DNA of 29,234 nucleotides from a virus (IMGVR_UViG_3300033076_001163:1-29234); one strand, 5' to 3'. Shown: positions 7,828 through 16,728, numbered from the stretch's first letter. Numbers and translations are program-made. Notes: generated from the sequence alone by a model not told the origin.

Positions 7828-10385
7828 CCTTCCCGCGTGTCCTCAATAACATAGTCGGTCGCGAGGCCGCTTTCGTCCCGCGCTACCTTCAACCGGCGCT
7901 TAACTACCGGGGTAGGTAGTGTCACGTTAACGACCGGCGGCGCTGCTGGAGTGCTTGAGATCTGGCCGATCCTGGCGCCTTGCAATTCAAGCGACGCGCG
8001 AAGCTGTTCAAGTTGGTGCTCAGCTTGTAGGCGCTGCTCAGTCATTACCCGTTCTTTGATGTCCAGATCTGAGCGCACGGCGTCTAGTTGCTGCTGAGCG
8101 GCTCGCAGTTGCATTTCGTATTCCGCCACCCGGGCGTCTAGCATTTGCTGGAATTGCGTAGCATCACGCTCATCAGTGAGCTTCCTGAGTTGTAAGATCA
8201 GCTCGTCAGACCTAAGCTGTAACATCTGCTGTTGAGCTGCCATTTCCGATTTAAGCTTCTCATAGCCTAGCTGTAGCTCAGCCGATGCCTCTGCTGATTG
8301 CGATTGCACCTTATATGCTTCTAGCTGCTGTTGGATTTGAGCGGCGGCGGCGTCCTGATTCAGCTTAAACTGCTCAAGCTGTACCCTCATTGACTCCATG
8401 CCTTGAGCCTGATTGAGCTTGGCAACCTCTAGCCGCTCATCGCTTTGGATCTTGTACTGCTGAATCGCCTGCTGGATCTGCAATTCTTCGCGCTTCAATT
8501 GCGCGGCGGTTTCATCCTTATTGAATGGCGCTTCCGCTGTTTTCGCCGCTTCGATTACCTGATCGATCGCCGCGGTAATTTCGTTTTGGAACATCTTGCC
8601 CTGACGGAATCCTTGGATCAGGAATTTCAGGGCGTGCAGCTCAACTACCACCAATTTGGGCGAACTCTGGGCGATAGACGCCACCTTTTCAATGGCCGCC
8701 GTCATTGTGTTTACCAGCTCCAAACGGCGCGCCTTGTCATACTCTTCATTAAGCGCAATCGTTGAATCGGTTTCTAGCTCAATTCTAAAGCGCTTGGTTT
8801 TGCTCTTGAGCAGATCTAGCGCTGCCTGGTAGCGCGGCTGATGATCCGGCGGAAGGGTGCGGGGTAGTATGTACTGCTCTAAACTTGCGTCCTTGAAGTT
8901 GCGCAACGCCATCTGGCAGATGAGTTCGTAGGATGCCCGCACGAACTCTTGCATTTTCGCTTGTGCTTCGCTGATCTGATTGAGCGCGTATTTCTCTTGC
9001 AATTGGCGCTCGCCAAAGGTGCGATCGGTTTGATCTGTAACAAAACCCTGGAGCAGGTCGCTAGTCCCGGTCAGTTTGTAGCAAACATTGAGCCGCTGCT
9101 CTAAAGCGCCGTAAAGCTGATTGAGCCCGTTGATGAGCTGCTCGACCGGAATGAATTGCACTACAGCATCAAGCGTACCCCCGGCATTGGCGAGCGATTG
9201 CGCCAGATTCGGCACCCCGATCGCGTCAGCCTCAGAAAGCTCGTTAAGCGCCTCTTGCAATCCGTTCACGTTATTATCGAACAGCAAGCGCACGCGGATC
9301 GCTTTCGTCACAGACACCATGCGCGTAAAGATCTGATGAATGTCATCGATCAGATCTTCAAGCTGAGCGAATTCGGGAACGGGCCAGAAATCGTCAGTGG
9401 GTTTGTTCAGAACGAACGGGGGAGGGCAGGGAAAGAAGCTATCCAAGTCATAGGGGCCGCGCTTCTCTTTCAGATCTTCCGCGTAGTCCTCATCATCCTT
9501 GCCCGGGTACTCCTTGGGTTTGATGAAGCCCTGCCCCTCATCAGCGAACCAATAACACTCACCCTCATAGAGATCCCAATACTCCCAGACCTTGATTGCT
9601 GGCGCTTTTTTTGCCGACTCATCGGAATTTGACTTATCGTCACTATCGGATGGCAGAGTGGATAGAGCAGCGCGGCCGAATACCTCAGCGAATTGCCGTT
9701 CCGAATAGTGCTCACAAAACGCGATCCGCTTTACCCGCTCCCATCGGCGAACATCGGGATCGATCAAAATATCTTTGTATAGTACAGGCTCAAGGCAGAT
9801 CTTTTCGTTCTCAACGTCTATTAGCTCATCAGTTTCGATGAAATAGCCTTCATCATCCTGGCCAATTTCATCAGTGATAACCACGTTACCGAAGGAATCA
9901 TAAAACGCGATCTCGCCTGTTTCCTCATCCTGCTGGGGTGTGATTCGCTCCCGCACAGGCTCCCGCACCTCATCGCGCTCGTAGTAGGCGCGCACCTGGC
10001 CAAAGTTAGTTGCGATCCCGTCATCGCGCACTGCCGACATTACGTCAAAAAAGTCGAACGTCTTAGCGAGATTTATCGCCAGCCGCTCATAGCAAAGCGC
10101 CGCCGTGGCGCCGATATTGTCGGAGCCGTCCTGGGTTGTGTCCTTGCCGATTGGAATACCCACCCGCGAAAGGATAAGCGGCTGGCGTATTTTGAATATT
10201 GACCACCAAAGCGGATATTTTTGACGGCGGCGCGAGCTGTTCGGCGTGTTGGAAAATAGCCGCGTGTTTCTCTGCTTTCTCTTAATTTCGTTCCAGGATC
10301 GATCGGCTACGGTAAGCCAGTCCCGCCGCGCTTTTTTGGCATCTTCTATAAATGCCTTGGCTTCCTCAATTGTTAAGTTGGGCAT
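7824..10385 (-). CDS. Portal protein with long C-terminal coiled coil (P22-like barrel)
   Basis: About 853 aa directly after terL; KVWEYWD and FFPCPPP motifs; Gln/Glu-rich coiled-coil tail of about 200 aa. Start ATG 10385 or GTG 10394. Confidence 0.88.
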   Translation of the reverse strand: MPNLTIEEAKAFIEDAKKARRDWLTVADRSWNEIKRKQRNTRLFSNTPNSSRRRQKYPLWWSIFKIRQPLILSRVGIPIGKDTTQDGSDNIGATAALCYERLAINLAKTFDFFDVMSAVRDDGIATNFGQVRAYYERDEVREPVRERITPQQDEETGEIAFYDSFGNVVITDEIGQDDEGYFIETDELIDVENEKICLEPVLYKDILIDPDVRRWERVKRIAFCEHYSERQFAEVFGRAALSTLPSDSDDKSNSDESAKKAPAIKVWEYWDLYEGECYWFADEGQGFIKPKEYPGKDDEDYAEDLKEKRGPYDLDSFFPCPPPFVLNKPTDDFWPVPEFAQLEDLIDDIHQIFTRMVSVTKAIRVRLLFDNNVNGLQEALNELSEADAIGVPNLAQSLANAGGTLDAVVQFIPVEQLINGLNQLYGALEQRLNVCYKLTGTSDLLQGFVTDQTDRTFGERQLQEKYALNQISEAQAKMQEFVRASYELICQMALRNFKDASLEQYILPRTLPPDHQPRYQAALDLLKSKTKRFRIELETDSTIALNEEYDKARRLELVNTMTAAIEKVASIAQSSPKLVVVELHALKFLIQGFRQGKMFQNEITAAIDQVIEAAKTAEAPFNKDETAAQLKREELQIQQAIQQYKIQSDERLEVAKLNQAQGMESMRVQLEQFKLNQDAAAAQIQQQLEAYKVQSQSAEASAELQLGYEKLKSEMAAQQQMLQLRSDELILQLRKLTDERDATQFQQMLDARVAEYEMQLRAAQQQLDAVRSDLDIKERVMTEQRLQAEHQLEQLRASLELQGARIGQISSTPAAPPVVNVTLPTPVVKRRLKVARDESGLATDYVIEDTREG

Positions 10386-11865
10386 ATCCGGCACGTTTAA
10401 GCAGTTTATTGACGGTCGGGCGCGCTTCCTTTATCGCACGATCTACCCTGGACTGCATAGGTATCAGTCTCTCGCGTATCACTGAATCTGTATGAGCCAT
10501 GCACGCCAGGCGCACCGAGTCGGGCGCGTGCGTTGTCTCCCCGTGCTCAGCGGCGTCCTCTTTTTTTGATTCGCTTGGATGGCGGGGAATTGCGGGGATG
10601 TAATCGCGGGCGGCTTTGCAGCGCTTGCAGAAATAAATCATCGGCGCGCGCTCACCCTCTGTTGTTTTAATACCAATCAAACGCGAGCGAACTTGTGACC
10701 AGCCAACTACTCGCGAAGTATCGCCGCGCGTAAGCGGCACGCCATTTTTCAAAAAAGTTATGTCGATACCTTCGCCGCCACGATCCTGGAATGGGAGCGA
10801 ATCGGTCAGGGTTATCAGATCGCGGTGATTCGGCTCAGATCGCGCAATAATGCCGGAAGCGATCTCTTCGTTCCGCATCCTGATTCCCTTAGCTGGCTCC
10901 TCTGGATCGCACCCGTACCATTCGAAGTAGCAAACCAGAGCGCCGCGCGGATACCACCGCTCCCGCCTCTGGCTATCGCGGAATGGCTCACCATCAGATA
11001 CCGCCCACCAGTGAACACAAAACGGCTCAGCGCTGCCCCAGTCGAACGTTCTGAATCTGTACCAGTGTTGAGGTGGGATAAAGTCATCTACAGCATGGAT
11101 CGAGTCCTCGTATTCTGGGAAGAATTCGCCAATGAGCTGAGACCAATCGCCAGTATCAAGCGCCGCTGCGATCGCGGCATCGCCGATACCAGAAAGCCGC
11201 CCCGCGTGCTCCACGGGATCGACGCTCGGATTGTCAGTGTAAAGGCTCGGTATGTACTGGCGCTCGAATCCATCGACTAGCCGAATTTCCTCATTCGGCA
11301 GCAGGTCAACAAAGTTACGGCGGAAAAATGGCACCGAAACGCCGATCGGGTTTGCAGTGTAAATAATTCGCGGGAATTTACCCCGAGCCCATTCGGGCAG
11401 CGCCTCTTTCATTTCGGCAGGCATACGCACCCAGGCGCGGAAGAATCGGATTAGGCGCTCTGGAATCTGCGTAGCCTCATCAATTACAAGGACGTGCTTT
11501 TCTACACCCTGAGCAGAATCAAATTGCCGCTCATCTTGGCAATGCTGAAATTGGATGTTTGACCCGTTCCAAAACGCGACCCCGTCCTTGGTAATCGACA
11601 CCTGGCCGCCACTGACGAGCGGCTCTAATAGGCGCTTAAAGCCGGTCGGCCCTTCCACATGATTCGCCCAGATGTCTTTATAACGCTTGCGAATTAAAAC
11701 GCATTGAAGATTAGGGATGCCCAGACACCAAGTCGTGAGCGCCACCCGCACGAAATGGGACTTCCCACCTTCGCTCGCACCCCCAAAAATTAGCTCCCGC
11801 GCTGGCGTTGTGAGGGCGCGAAGCTGGCGCGGCCATAAATCAAGGCGAAGCTCTATGGCGGTCAC
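10366..11865 (-). CDS. terL: Terminase large subunit
   Basis: Walker A GGASEGGKS, Walker B VLVIDEAT, coupling motif TANP, nuclease motifs FDWG and HAPDSVR. Confidence 0.96.
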   Translation of the reverse strand: MTAIELRLDLWPRQLRALTTPARELIFGGASEGGKSHFVRVALTTWCLGIPNLQCVLIRKRYKDIWANHVEGPTGFKRLLEPLVSGGQVSITKDGVAFWNGSNIQFQHCQDERQFDSAQGVEKHVLVIDEATQIPERLIRFFRAWVRMPAEMKEALPEWARGKFPRIIYTANPIGVSVPFFRRNFVDLLPNEEIRLVDGFERQYIPSLYTDNPSVDPVEHAGRLSGIGDAAIAAALDTGDWSQLIGEFFPEYEDSIHAVDDFIPPQHWYRFRTFDWGSAEPFCVHWWAVSDGEPFRDSQRRERWYPRGALVCYFEWYGCDPEEPAKGIRMRNEEIASGIIARSEPNHRDLITLTDSLPFQDRGGEGIDITFLKNGVPLTRGDTSRVVGWSQVRSRLIGIKTTEGERAPMIYFCKRCKAARDYIPAIPRHPSESKKEDAAEHGETTHAPDSVRLACMAHTDSVIRERLIPMQSRVDRAIKEARPTVNKLLKRAGYAQLNN

Positions 11866-12149
11866 TTTGTTTTTTCACCGATGATCACCGCTACACTTTC
11901 AATCTTGCCGGACAGCTCTACGTTTTGCTGAGGCTTGCCGTACACGCGATCAAGCACCTGTTGAGCGGCTTTAAGACCTTCCATCATTTGCCGCGGATTC
12001 TCGCGAGCTTGGCTTATAGCGAGCTTAATTAACTCAACAGAGTCCGGGACTAGGGGCAGCAGTAGATCGCGCGCCATAGCCGTTTTGCGGCCCTGTTCTT
12101 TGGTCATTCCGGCAGGGTTTCGGATTTCGCCCTTCTGAATTTTGGCCAT
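11862..12149 (-). CDS. terS: Probable terminase small subunit
   Basis: MAKIQKGEIRNPAG N-terminus (KGxxxNPxG type) and LDRVYGKPQQNVELSG C-terminus; overlaps terL start. Track start 12218; ATG 12149 preferred. Confidence 0.72.
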   Translation of the reverse strand: MAKIQKGEIRNPAGMTKEQGRKTAMARDLLLPLVPDSVELIKLAISQARENPRQMMEGLKAAQQVLDRVYGKPQQNVELSGKIESVAVIIGEKTK

Positions 12150-12192
12150 CGTACTGTCCAGCAAAGCACTGAATTTATTAGACTGCTTTACT

Positions 12193-12546
12193 TTAAGCCC
12201 TCGCGCGCCCATATTCAACGCGGCGGCGCATGTTAGGCTTCCACCGCGTGGTCATATCAGGCAGCTTGTATTGTGATCTTATGCGGTTTCCCGTTGTAAC
12301 GGGGTCTGCAAAAATTGCGTAGCAGCACCAGCCGAAACTAAACGGCGGTTGGTTTTGATTGATCGGCGTATTGAAAAGCCAGCGCACCGCCTCAGCGTGA
12401 CCGGATGCGGCGTCATGAAGGGCGCGGAGAATTACCGCCTTTATTAACCGTTCTTCCGGGGTATCACCGGCCGCCCACTCACAAGCAACGGCCGGGATCA
12501 AAACCTGCATTGATCGCATGGGTATTTGGACGCTGGGGATTATCAA
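12193..12546 (-). CDS. Hypothetical phage protein, possible transcription regulator
   Basis: Helical motif EERLIKAVILRALHDA...AVRWLF...FSFGWCC; lies between HTH gene and terS; start uncertain (TTG 12546 or a later ATG). Confidence 0.65.
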   Translation of the reverse strand: MIIPSVQIPMRSMQVLIPAVACEWAAGDTPEERLIKAVILRALHDAASGHAEAVRWLFNTPINQNQPPFSFGWCCYAIFADPVTTGNRIRSQYKLPDMTTRWKPNMRRRVEYGRARA

Positions 12547-12833
12547 TCGATTCCCCGCGGGTTAATTGCGTCCTTTCGTTGATTGCGCTGGACGTTTTTC
12601 GCGTCCTTTCTGAATTCGCTCCAAAACCGTTCGAGGGTTTCCCCGCTAAGCTCGTAAAGCCGCTCCAGGCGAGCGGGTGCGTAGGATTTCCCCTCTGTTT
12701 CGAAGGTTTTGTAATGGGTGACCTGCATCCCCATTTCCTTCGCCATTCTTGTGACTGACCAGCCGCGTTTTGTTCTGACCCATTTTGGTAAGTGCATGTG
12801 TCTGATTTCGCGCGGGGGTAAATTTATGGCCAT
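12543..12833 (-). CDS. XRE/Cro-like helix-turn-helix regulator
   Basis: VRTKRGWSVTRMAKEMGMQVTHYKTFETEG fits the XRE HTH pattern; sits at the divergence point; no C-terminal S24 peptidase domain. Confidence 0.8.
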   Translation of the reverse strand: MAINLPPREIRHMHLPKWVRTKRGWSVTRMAKEMGMQVTHYKTFETEGKSYAPARLERLYELSGETLERFWSEFRKDAKNVQRNQRKDAINPRGID

Positions 12834-12842
12834 AGTTAATTT

Positions 12843-12895
12843 GATGCACTGTAAACCTTTACACTGGCATCGAACTACTATATGATGCAGTGCAT
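12843..12895 (+). promoter_or_regulatory. Rightward sigma70-type promoter overlapped by operator-like palindromes
   Basis: TTTACA (12858-12863)-17 bp-TATGAT (12881-12886); palindromes GATGC..TGTAAA-CC-TTTACA..GCATC (12843-12871) and ATGCA-G-TGCAT (12885-12895). Confidence 0.72.
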
Positions 12896-12932
12896 AGGAT
12901 GTAGTCTATAAGATTATTCGATAGGTTACAAT

Positions 12933-13235
12933 ATGAAGCGAGATCAATTCCAAAAATTAAGCCGCCTAGAGCAAGGCCAGTACCTACACTCTGAGCTCTG
13001 CCGCCTGGCCGAACTGCTCGAATCAATCGAGCTCGAGGAGGGCCAGACCACAGACTACGCCCGGCAGATCGCCGAATCGTGCGGATGGCGGTTTTGCGAC
13101 CACTGCAACGGCTTAACCGAAACGCGTGACGAGTGGGGGAACTGCGAGAAGTGCAGCGCTGAATCTGAGGCATGGGCCAAGGAGCGCCGCGAAATGGAGA
13201 AAGATTATTTTTATAACGTAATTGGAGGAAAATAG
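12933..13235 (+). CDS. Hypothetical protein with CxxC..CxxC zinc-binding motif
   Basis: 100 aa; CDHC and CEKC pairs; first gene of the rightward operon. Confidence 0.75.
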   Translation: MKRDQFQKLSRLEQGQYLHSELCRLAELLESIELEEGQTTDYARQIAESCGWRFCDHCNGLTETRDEWGNCEKCSAESEAWAKERREMEKDYFYNVIGGK

Positions 13236-13237
13236 TT

Positions 13238-13957
13238 ATGAATGAAGTACCGCAAGCCGTAGAAGCCGCCTTAATCGGCGGCGATCTTAGCAAGCTGAGC
13301 AGCGAGCAGCGCGTCGTATATTATAACCGCGTCTGCGAAAGCCTTGGGCTAAACCCGCTTACAAAACCTTTTGAATATATAACGCTAAATAGCAAGCTAA
13401 CCCTTTACGCCCGCCGCGATTGCACCGACCAATTGAGGGCGCTCCGTAAAGTCAGCGTAATAATCAAGAGCCGTGAGAAAGCTGAGGATTGCTATATCGT
13501 GACGGCGCAGGCGTCTACGCCAGATGGCCGCACCGATGAAGCGATCGGAGTTGTAGCAATCGGCAGCGCACGGGGCGAAGCGATGGCGAATGCGCTCATG
13601 AAGGCAGAGACAAAAGCAAAGCGCCGCGTGACCCTATCAATCTGCGGCTTAGGCTGGCTGGATGAGGCCGAGCTTGAAGATCAGCCCCGCCAGGAGCGCG
13701 CCGTAGCTGATGCGCCAGCGCAACTAGTTGACGTTTCAGCTACGATCAAACAAGCCGCCGCAGAGGGTAAAACCTACGAATACGATCTCAGCGACTGCGA
13801 AGAAAACACCAAGAAATTGATCGTAGGGCTCATGAAAAAGGACGGATTTTACGCAAGCCAAGAAACCCGCACCTATCACACCATGAAACCGATCGCCTTG
13901 GATAACGCGAAAGAATACCTCGTCAATATGCCCGAAACGGCAGAGGTGGCAGCATGA
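13238..13957 (+). CDS. Single-strand DNA annealing protein (RecT/Red-beta/Rad52 superfamily-like)
   Basis: SD GGAGG; CESLGLNPLTK and NALMKAETKAKRR motifs; adjacent to Gp157-like gene. Confidence 0.72.
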   Translation: MNEVPQAVEAALIGGDLSKLSSEQRVVYYNRVCESLGLNPLTKPFEYITLNSKLTLYARRDCTDQLRALRKVSVIIKSREKAEDCYIVTAQASTPDGRTDEAIGVVAIGSARGEAMANALMKAETKAKRRVTLSICGLGWLDEAELEDQPRQERAVADAPAQLVDVSATIKQAAAEGKTYEYDLSDCEENTKKLIVGLMKKDGFYASQETRTYHTMKPIALDNAKEYLVNMPETAEVAA

Positions 13958-14454
13958 ATTTATTAGAGTGCTCAAAAGAATTTTGGCGCGCCATAGAAGC
14001 GCTACACGCCGAAGCCGAGGAGACTGGCGAGTGGCCGCTTGATGCGAATGAGCGTTTAGATCAAGCCTCAAGCAATTTCGTAGAAAAATTACGCAACGCG
14101 GGGGTGGCGTATAAATCGCTTAAAGCGAGCGCCGAAGCCGTGCACGCGCAAGCTGATAAGCTCAAGAGCCGCGCTGAGCGGCTTGAACGGCAAGCCGAGC
14201 ACCTGCGGGCATACATTCAGATGAGCCTACCCGAGGGCGAAAAATTTGAATGCCCTGAAGTTGCGATGCGGTGGCGGCAGTCCGAGCGGGTGGAGGTTAC
14301 CAACATCCTAGACGTTCCGCCTGAGTACTGGCGCGAAAAAGTTACACGCGAACCGGACAAAACCGCTCTAAAAAAGGCGCTTAAAGAAGCGAAGCCCGGC
14401 GAATGGATACCAGGCGCGAAGCTTGAACGTCGAATGAATTTATCGATTGAATAG
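13954..14454 (+). CDS. Siphovirus Gp157 family protein
   Basis: Coiled coil followed by VPPEYWREKVTREPDKTALKKALK...IPGAKLERRMNLSI signature. Confidence 0.85.
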   Translation: MNLLECSKEFWRAIEALHAEAEETGEWPLDANERLDQASSNFVEKLRNAGVAYKSLKASAEAVHAQADKLKSRAERLERQAEHLRAYIQMSLPEGEKFECPEVAMRWRQSERVEVTNILDVPPEYWREKVTREPDKTALKKALKEAKPGEWIPGAKLERRMNLSIE

Positions 14455-14500
14455 AATTTTTCTAAGAAACAAACAAAGCGCATGAGCGAGAACCAAAAAT

Positions 14501-15367
14501 ATGAGCACCACGATCTCGCTTTACTGCGCAAACAAGGCGCCAGCGACCCAAAAAACATATCTACAAGTGTGGCATGAGTGGATCGAGCACTGTCCCGATC
14601 CGCTCACTGCCACCGCTAAACATGCAGCCGCATATTTAAGCGGCTTAAATTGCGCGGACAATACCCGCCGAAAAAAGCTCAACATTCTACGCACGCTGTA
14701 CGGCGTGCTCCTTGATATGGGCGAAGCGCCCGCGAATATTTTCGCCCAGGTTGCGCGATTCTTGAGCGCCCGCAAAGCTCAGCAAGTCAGACCCACCCAA
14801 AGGCTCAGCGCTCGCGATGTGCGGCGCCTGCTCAAGGTCAAAGCGGGCAGGCCGTGGAATACCGTGAGAGATCGGGCGATTTTCGCGATCATGTTCGGGT
14901 GCGGGCTGCGGCGATCTGAAGTAGTGCGGCTCAATTGCGATGATGTGCGCGTGTCGGTTGAGGGCTGCCGATATTTGCGGTTAGTCGATACCAAAGCCGG
15001 AATCGAGCAGGAGCAGCCCGTGCCGATCTGGGTATGGCGCCACCTATCAAAGCTAATCACGGAGCGGGCAGGGCAGGGGGCGAAGGACGGCGATCCGCTT
15101 TTTTGTTCGTTCGGCAATTTACATCACCGCATGACCACATCGGCACTATGGAAACTGTGGAAGTTGTACGCCAAGCGCCTTGAGCTCGATCCTCGTGTGA
15201 GCTGCCACGCAGCGCGGGCCACGTTTGCAACCGCCCTGCTGGAAGCTGGCGCGGCATCGGATGAGGTGCAGCGAGCTCTAAGACACAAAAGCCCCGGCAT
15301 GGTGTCGGCATACGATAAGCGGCGCAAAGCGCTGGCGGATAATATTGCCTGGCGAATAAGATTTTAA
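14501..15367 (+). CDS. Tyrosine recombinase (integrase or Xer-like resolvase)
   Basis: Catalytic set R (GLRRSE), K (DTKAG), HxxR (HAAR), H (LRH), Y (AYD); 288 aa with no arm-binding domain. Confidence 0.93.
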   Translation: MSTTISLYCANKAPATQKTYLQVWHEWIEHCPDPLTATAKHAAAYLSGLNCADNTRRKKLNILRTLYGVLLDMGEAPANIFAQVARFLSARKAQQVRPTQRLSARDVRRLLKVKAGRPWNTVRDRAIFAIMFGCGLRRSEVVRLNCDDVRVSVEGCRYLRLVDTKAGIEQEQPVPIWVWRHLSKLITERAGQGAKDGDPLFCSFGNLHHRMTTSALWKLWKLYAKRLELDPRVSCHAARATFATALLEAGAASDEVQRALRHKSPGMVSAYDKRRKALADNIAWRIRF

Positions 15368-15468
15368 TCTGATATAGAGATTCCGAGTCCGTTGTTCCAT
15401 CGAAAGATGGGTGCAGCGAAACTAGTTAAGACCTGTCCATGCCGACCAAAGCTGAGACAGGTTTTTTT
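15366..15468 (+). ncRNA. Candidate small structured RNA or structured 3' UTR
   Basis: Three successive hairpins: AATCT/AGATT, CGTTGTTCCATC-GAAA-GATGGGTGCAGCG (G-U pairs favour plus strand), then the terminator stem. Confidence 0.35.
15431..15468 (+). terminator. Rho-independent terminator after recombinase gene
   Basis: ACCTGTC-18 nt-GACAGGT running into a T7 tract. Confidence 0.65.
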
Positions 15469-15563
15469 ATTTCTGCATAACCCCCTAACCCCACTACATT
15501 AAATCTTTCACTTTTTGCGTCTTTTTTTGTTGCGCGCGCATCTCATCTGTATTACAAAGGTAA

Positions 15564-15856
15564 CACATTAGGGAGATGGTTATGAACTTATGGAATTGCA
15601 AAGAATGGCAGCAAGTAACCGGAGAATATTTCGGCGTGTCCTATGTTGGAACGGTTAGAAAAACCGAATCGAGCGATATTATGGTTCACGTTTACATTAA
15701 TTTGGAATCGCCGATTGTGGTGTTCGGCGATGTAAGACGATCAATCGTAATCTCTGGAAGCGCCGTAAAGGGCTCGCCGTTTGAAGGCCGCACAATTAAA
15801 GCATTATAGATAAACAAAGCCCCCGAGAGGGGGCATATTAGATGGATGGTTATGAA
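15564..15856 (+). repeat. Start-associated direct repeat CAYATTAG-NNN-GATGGTTATGAA (2 copies)
   Basis: 15564-15586 and 15834-15856, 19/23 identical, 270 bp apart. Confidence 0.75.
15576..15809 (+). CDS. Small hypothetical protein (beta-rich)
   Basis: SD GGGAG; ATG 15576 or 15582; shares start-region repeat with next gene. Confidence 0.72.
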   Translation: MVMNLWNCKEWQQVTGEYFGVSYVGTVRKTESSDIMVHVYINLESPIVVFGDVRRSIVISGSAVKGSPFEGRTIKAL

Positions 15857-16079
15857 TAAATACACTTACAACGGCAAACAAATTACACTAACGCAGCAAG
15901 CATATCTAACTGGGAAGTACGGCAACGCCGTATATAAGGCCGCCGCAGTCGATGACGACGGCAATGAGTACATGGTTATCTGGCACCCCTACGACCGCTC
16001 CGGCAAGGGATGCGAGGATGAGAGCGATGCCTGTAACTGGGATACTCCGGCCGAGATTAAGCTGACAGCGGAGGTGTAG
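15846..16079 (+). CDS. Small acidic hypothetical phage protein
   Basis: 77 aa; YKAAAVDDDGNEYMVIW...DESDACNWD motif. Confidence 0.78.
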   Translation: MVMNKYTYNGKQITLTQQAYLTGKYGNAVYKAAAVDDDGNEYMVIWHPYDRSGKGCEDESDACNWDTPAEIKLTAEV

Positions 16080-16145
16080 AGAGTTCGGCCATCCCTGTGG
16101 GGGTGGCTCACTCTCGGCAATTTCGCCGAGGTTTTCGGGGGTTTT

Positions 16146-16376
16146 ATGCGCAAATTGAAAACACGCCGCACGGCGTATGTAATGTCTGGTAGCTTTGCGA
16201 TGGCCAGTCTTTTGACTGGCTGCGCAGGAATGGAGATCGGCGGAAGGGCTGGCCTGTACCGGGTGGACGAGAGGCAAGAAAGCCAGGCCACGCGGCGGGA
16301 TAGTACAAAGCCGTTAAAGTGCTGGTTTGTCGACTGCCCGCCTGTAGCTGTTCGCGGAGGTGGCTATGACAAGTGA
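16146..16376 (+). CDS. Predicted lipoprotein
   Basis: Basic N-region, hydrophobic stretch and lipobox LLTG-C at residue 26. Confidence 0.7.
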   Translation: MRKLKTRRTAYVMSGSFAMASLLTGCAGMEIGGRAGLYRVDERQESQATRRDSTKPLKCWFVDCPPVAVRGGGYDK

Positions 16377-16527
16377 AATTGAGCGGGAGCGCTTTTTCAC
16401 GCTGTCGAAGCTATGGTGGTGGCTTGTATATACGCTCATGCTGAGCGGTGCGCTGTCACTGTGGATCTTTGGCCGCGTGCAATTCTGGGGCGAGTCAGCC
16501 GCAGTAGGTTACGAGGCTCGCGAGTAG
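16366..16527 (+). CDS. Small single-pass membrane protein (53 aa)
   Basis: Not in track. SD GGAGG 16356-16360; MTSEIERERFFTLSKLWWWLVYTLMLSGALSLWIFGRVQFWGESAAVGYEARE. Confidence 0.75.
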   Translation: MTSEIERERFFTLSKLWWWLVYTLMLSGALSLWIFGRVQFWGESAAVGYEARE

Positions 16528-16572
16528 GTGCTTTTATTAGGTTTTGGGGGGATCGCTTATGGATAATTATGT

Positions 16573-16728
16573 ATGGCAACAGATAAAGAAAACCCTGAGA
16601 CCTTTAGGGCATCAAGGCATGTGCGAAAGCTACTTGCTGAGCTCGTCAAGAAGTATGGGGAAAACAAAAGCCGTATTATTTGCCGGGCCATTGAAGAGCT
16701 GCACAGGAAGATTTTCGAGCCTAAATAG
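16573..16728 (+). CDS. Ribbon-helix-helix (CopG/Arc-like) DNA-binding protein (51 aa)
   Basis: Not in track. MATDKENPETFRASRHVRKLLAELVKKYGENKSRIICRAIEELHRKIFEPK: beta strand, helix ending in G, then NKSRII..AI helix typical of RHH. Confidence 0.78.
   Translation: MATDKENPETFRASRHVRKLLAELVKKYGENKSRIICRAIEELHRKIFEPK

Noticed and set aside
14482-14577. 31-codon upstream ORF or +1 frameshift into the recombinase
   Set aside because: No SD and no stimulatory structure; it would add only about 6 residues.
15369-15422. Hammerhead ribozyme or c-di-GMP-I riboswitch resemblance (CTGAT...CGAAAC; CCATCGAAAGATGG)
   Set aside because: The CUGANGA core and flanking stems are missing, as are the GCAAA elements and P2 of the riboswitch.
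15470-15505. dif-like site (TTTCTGCATAA resembles a XerC arm)
   Set aside because: No TTATGTTAAAT-like arm after a 6-bp spacer.
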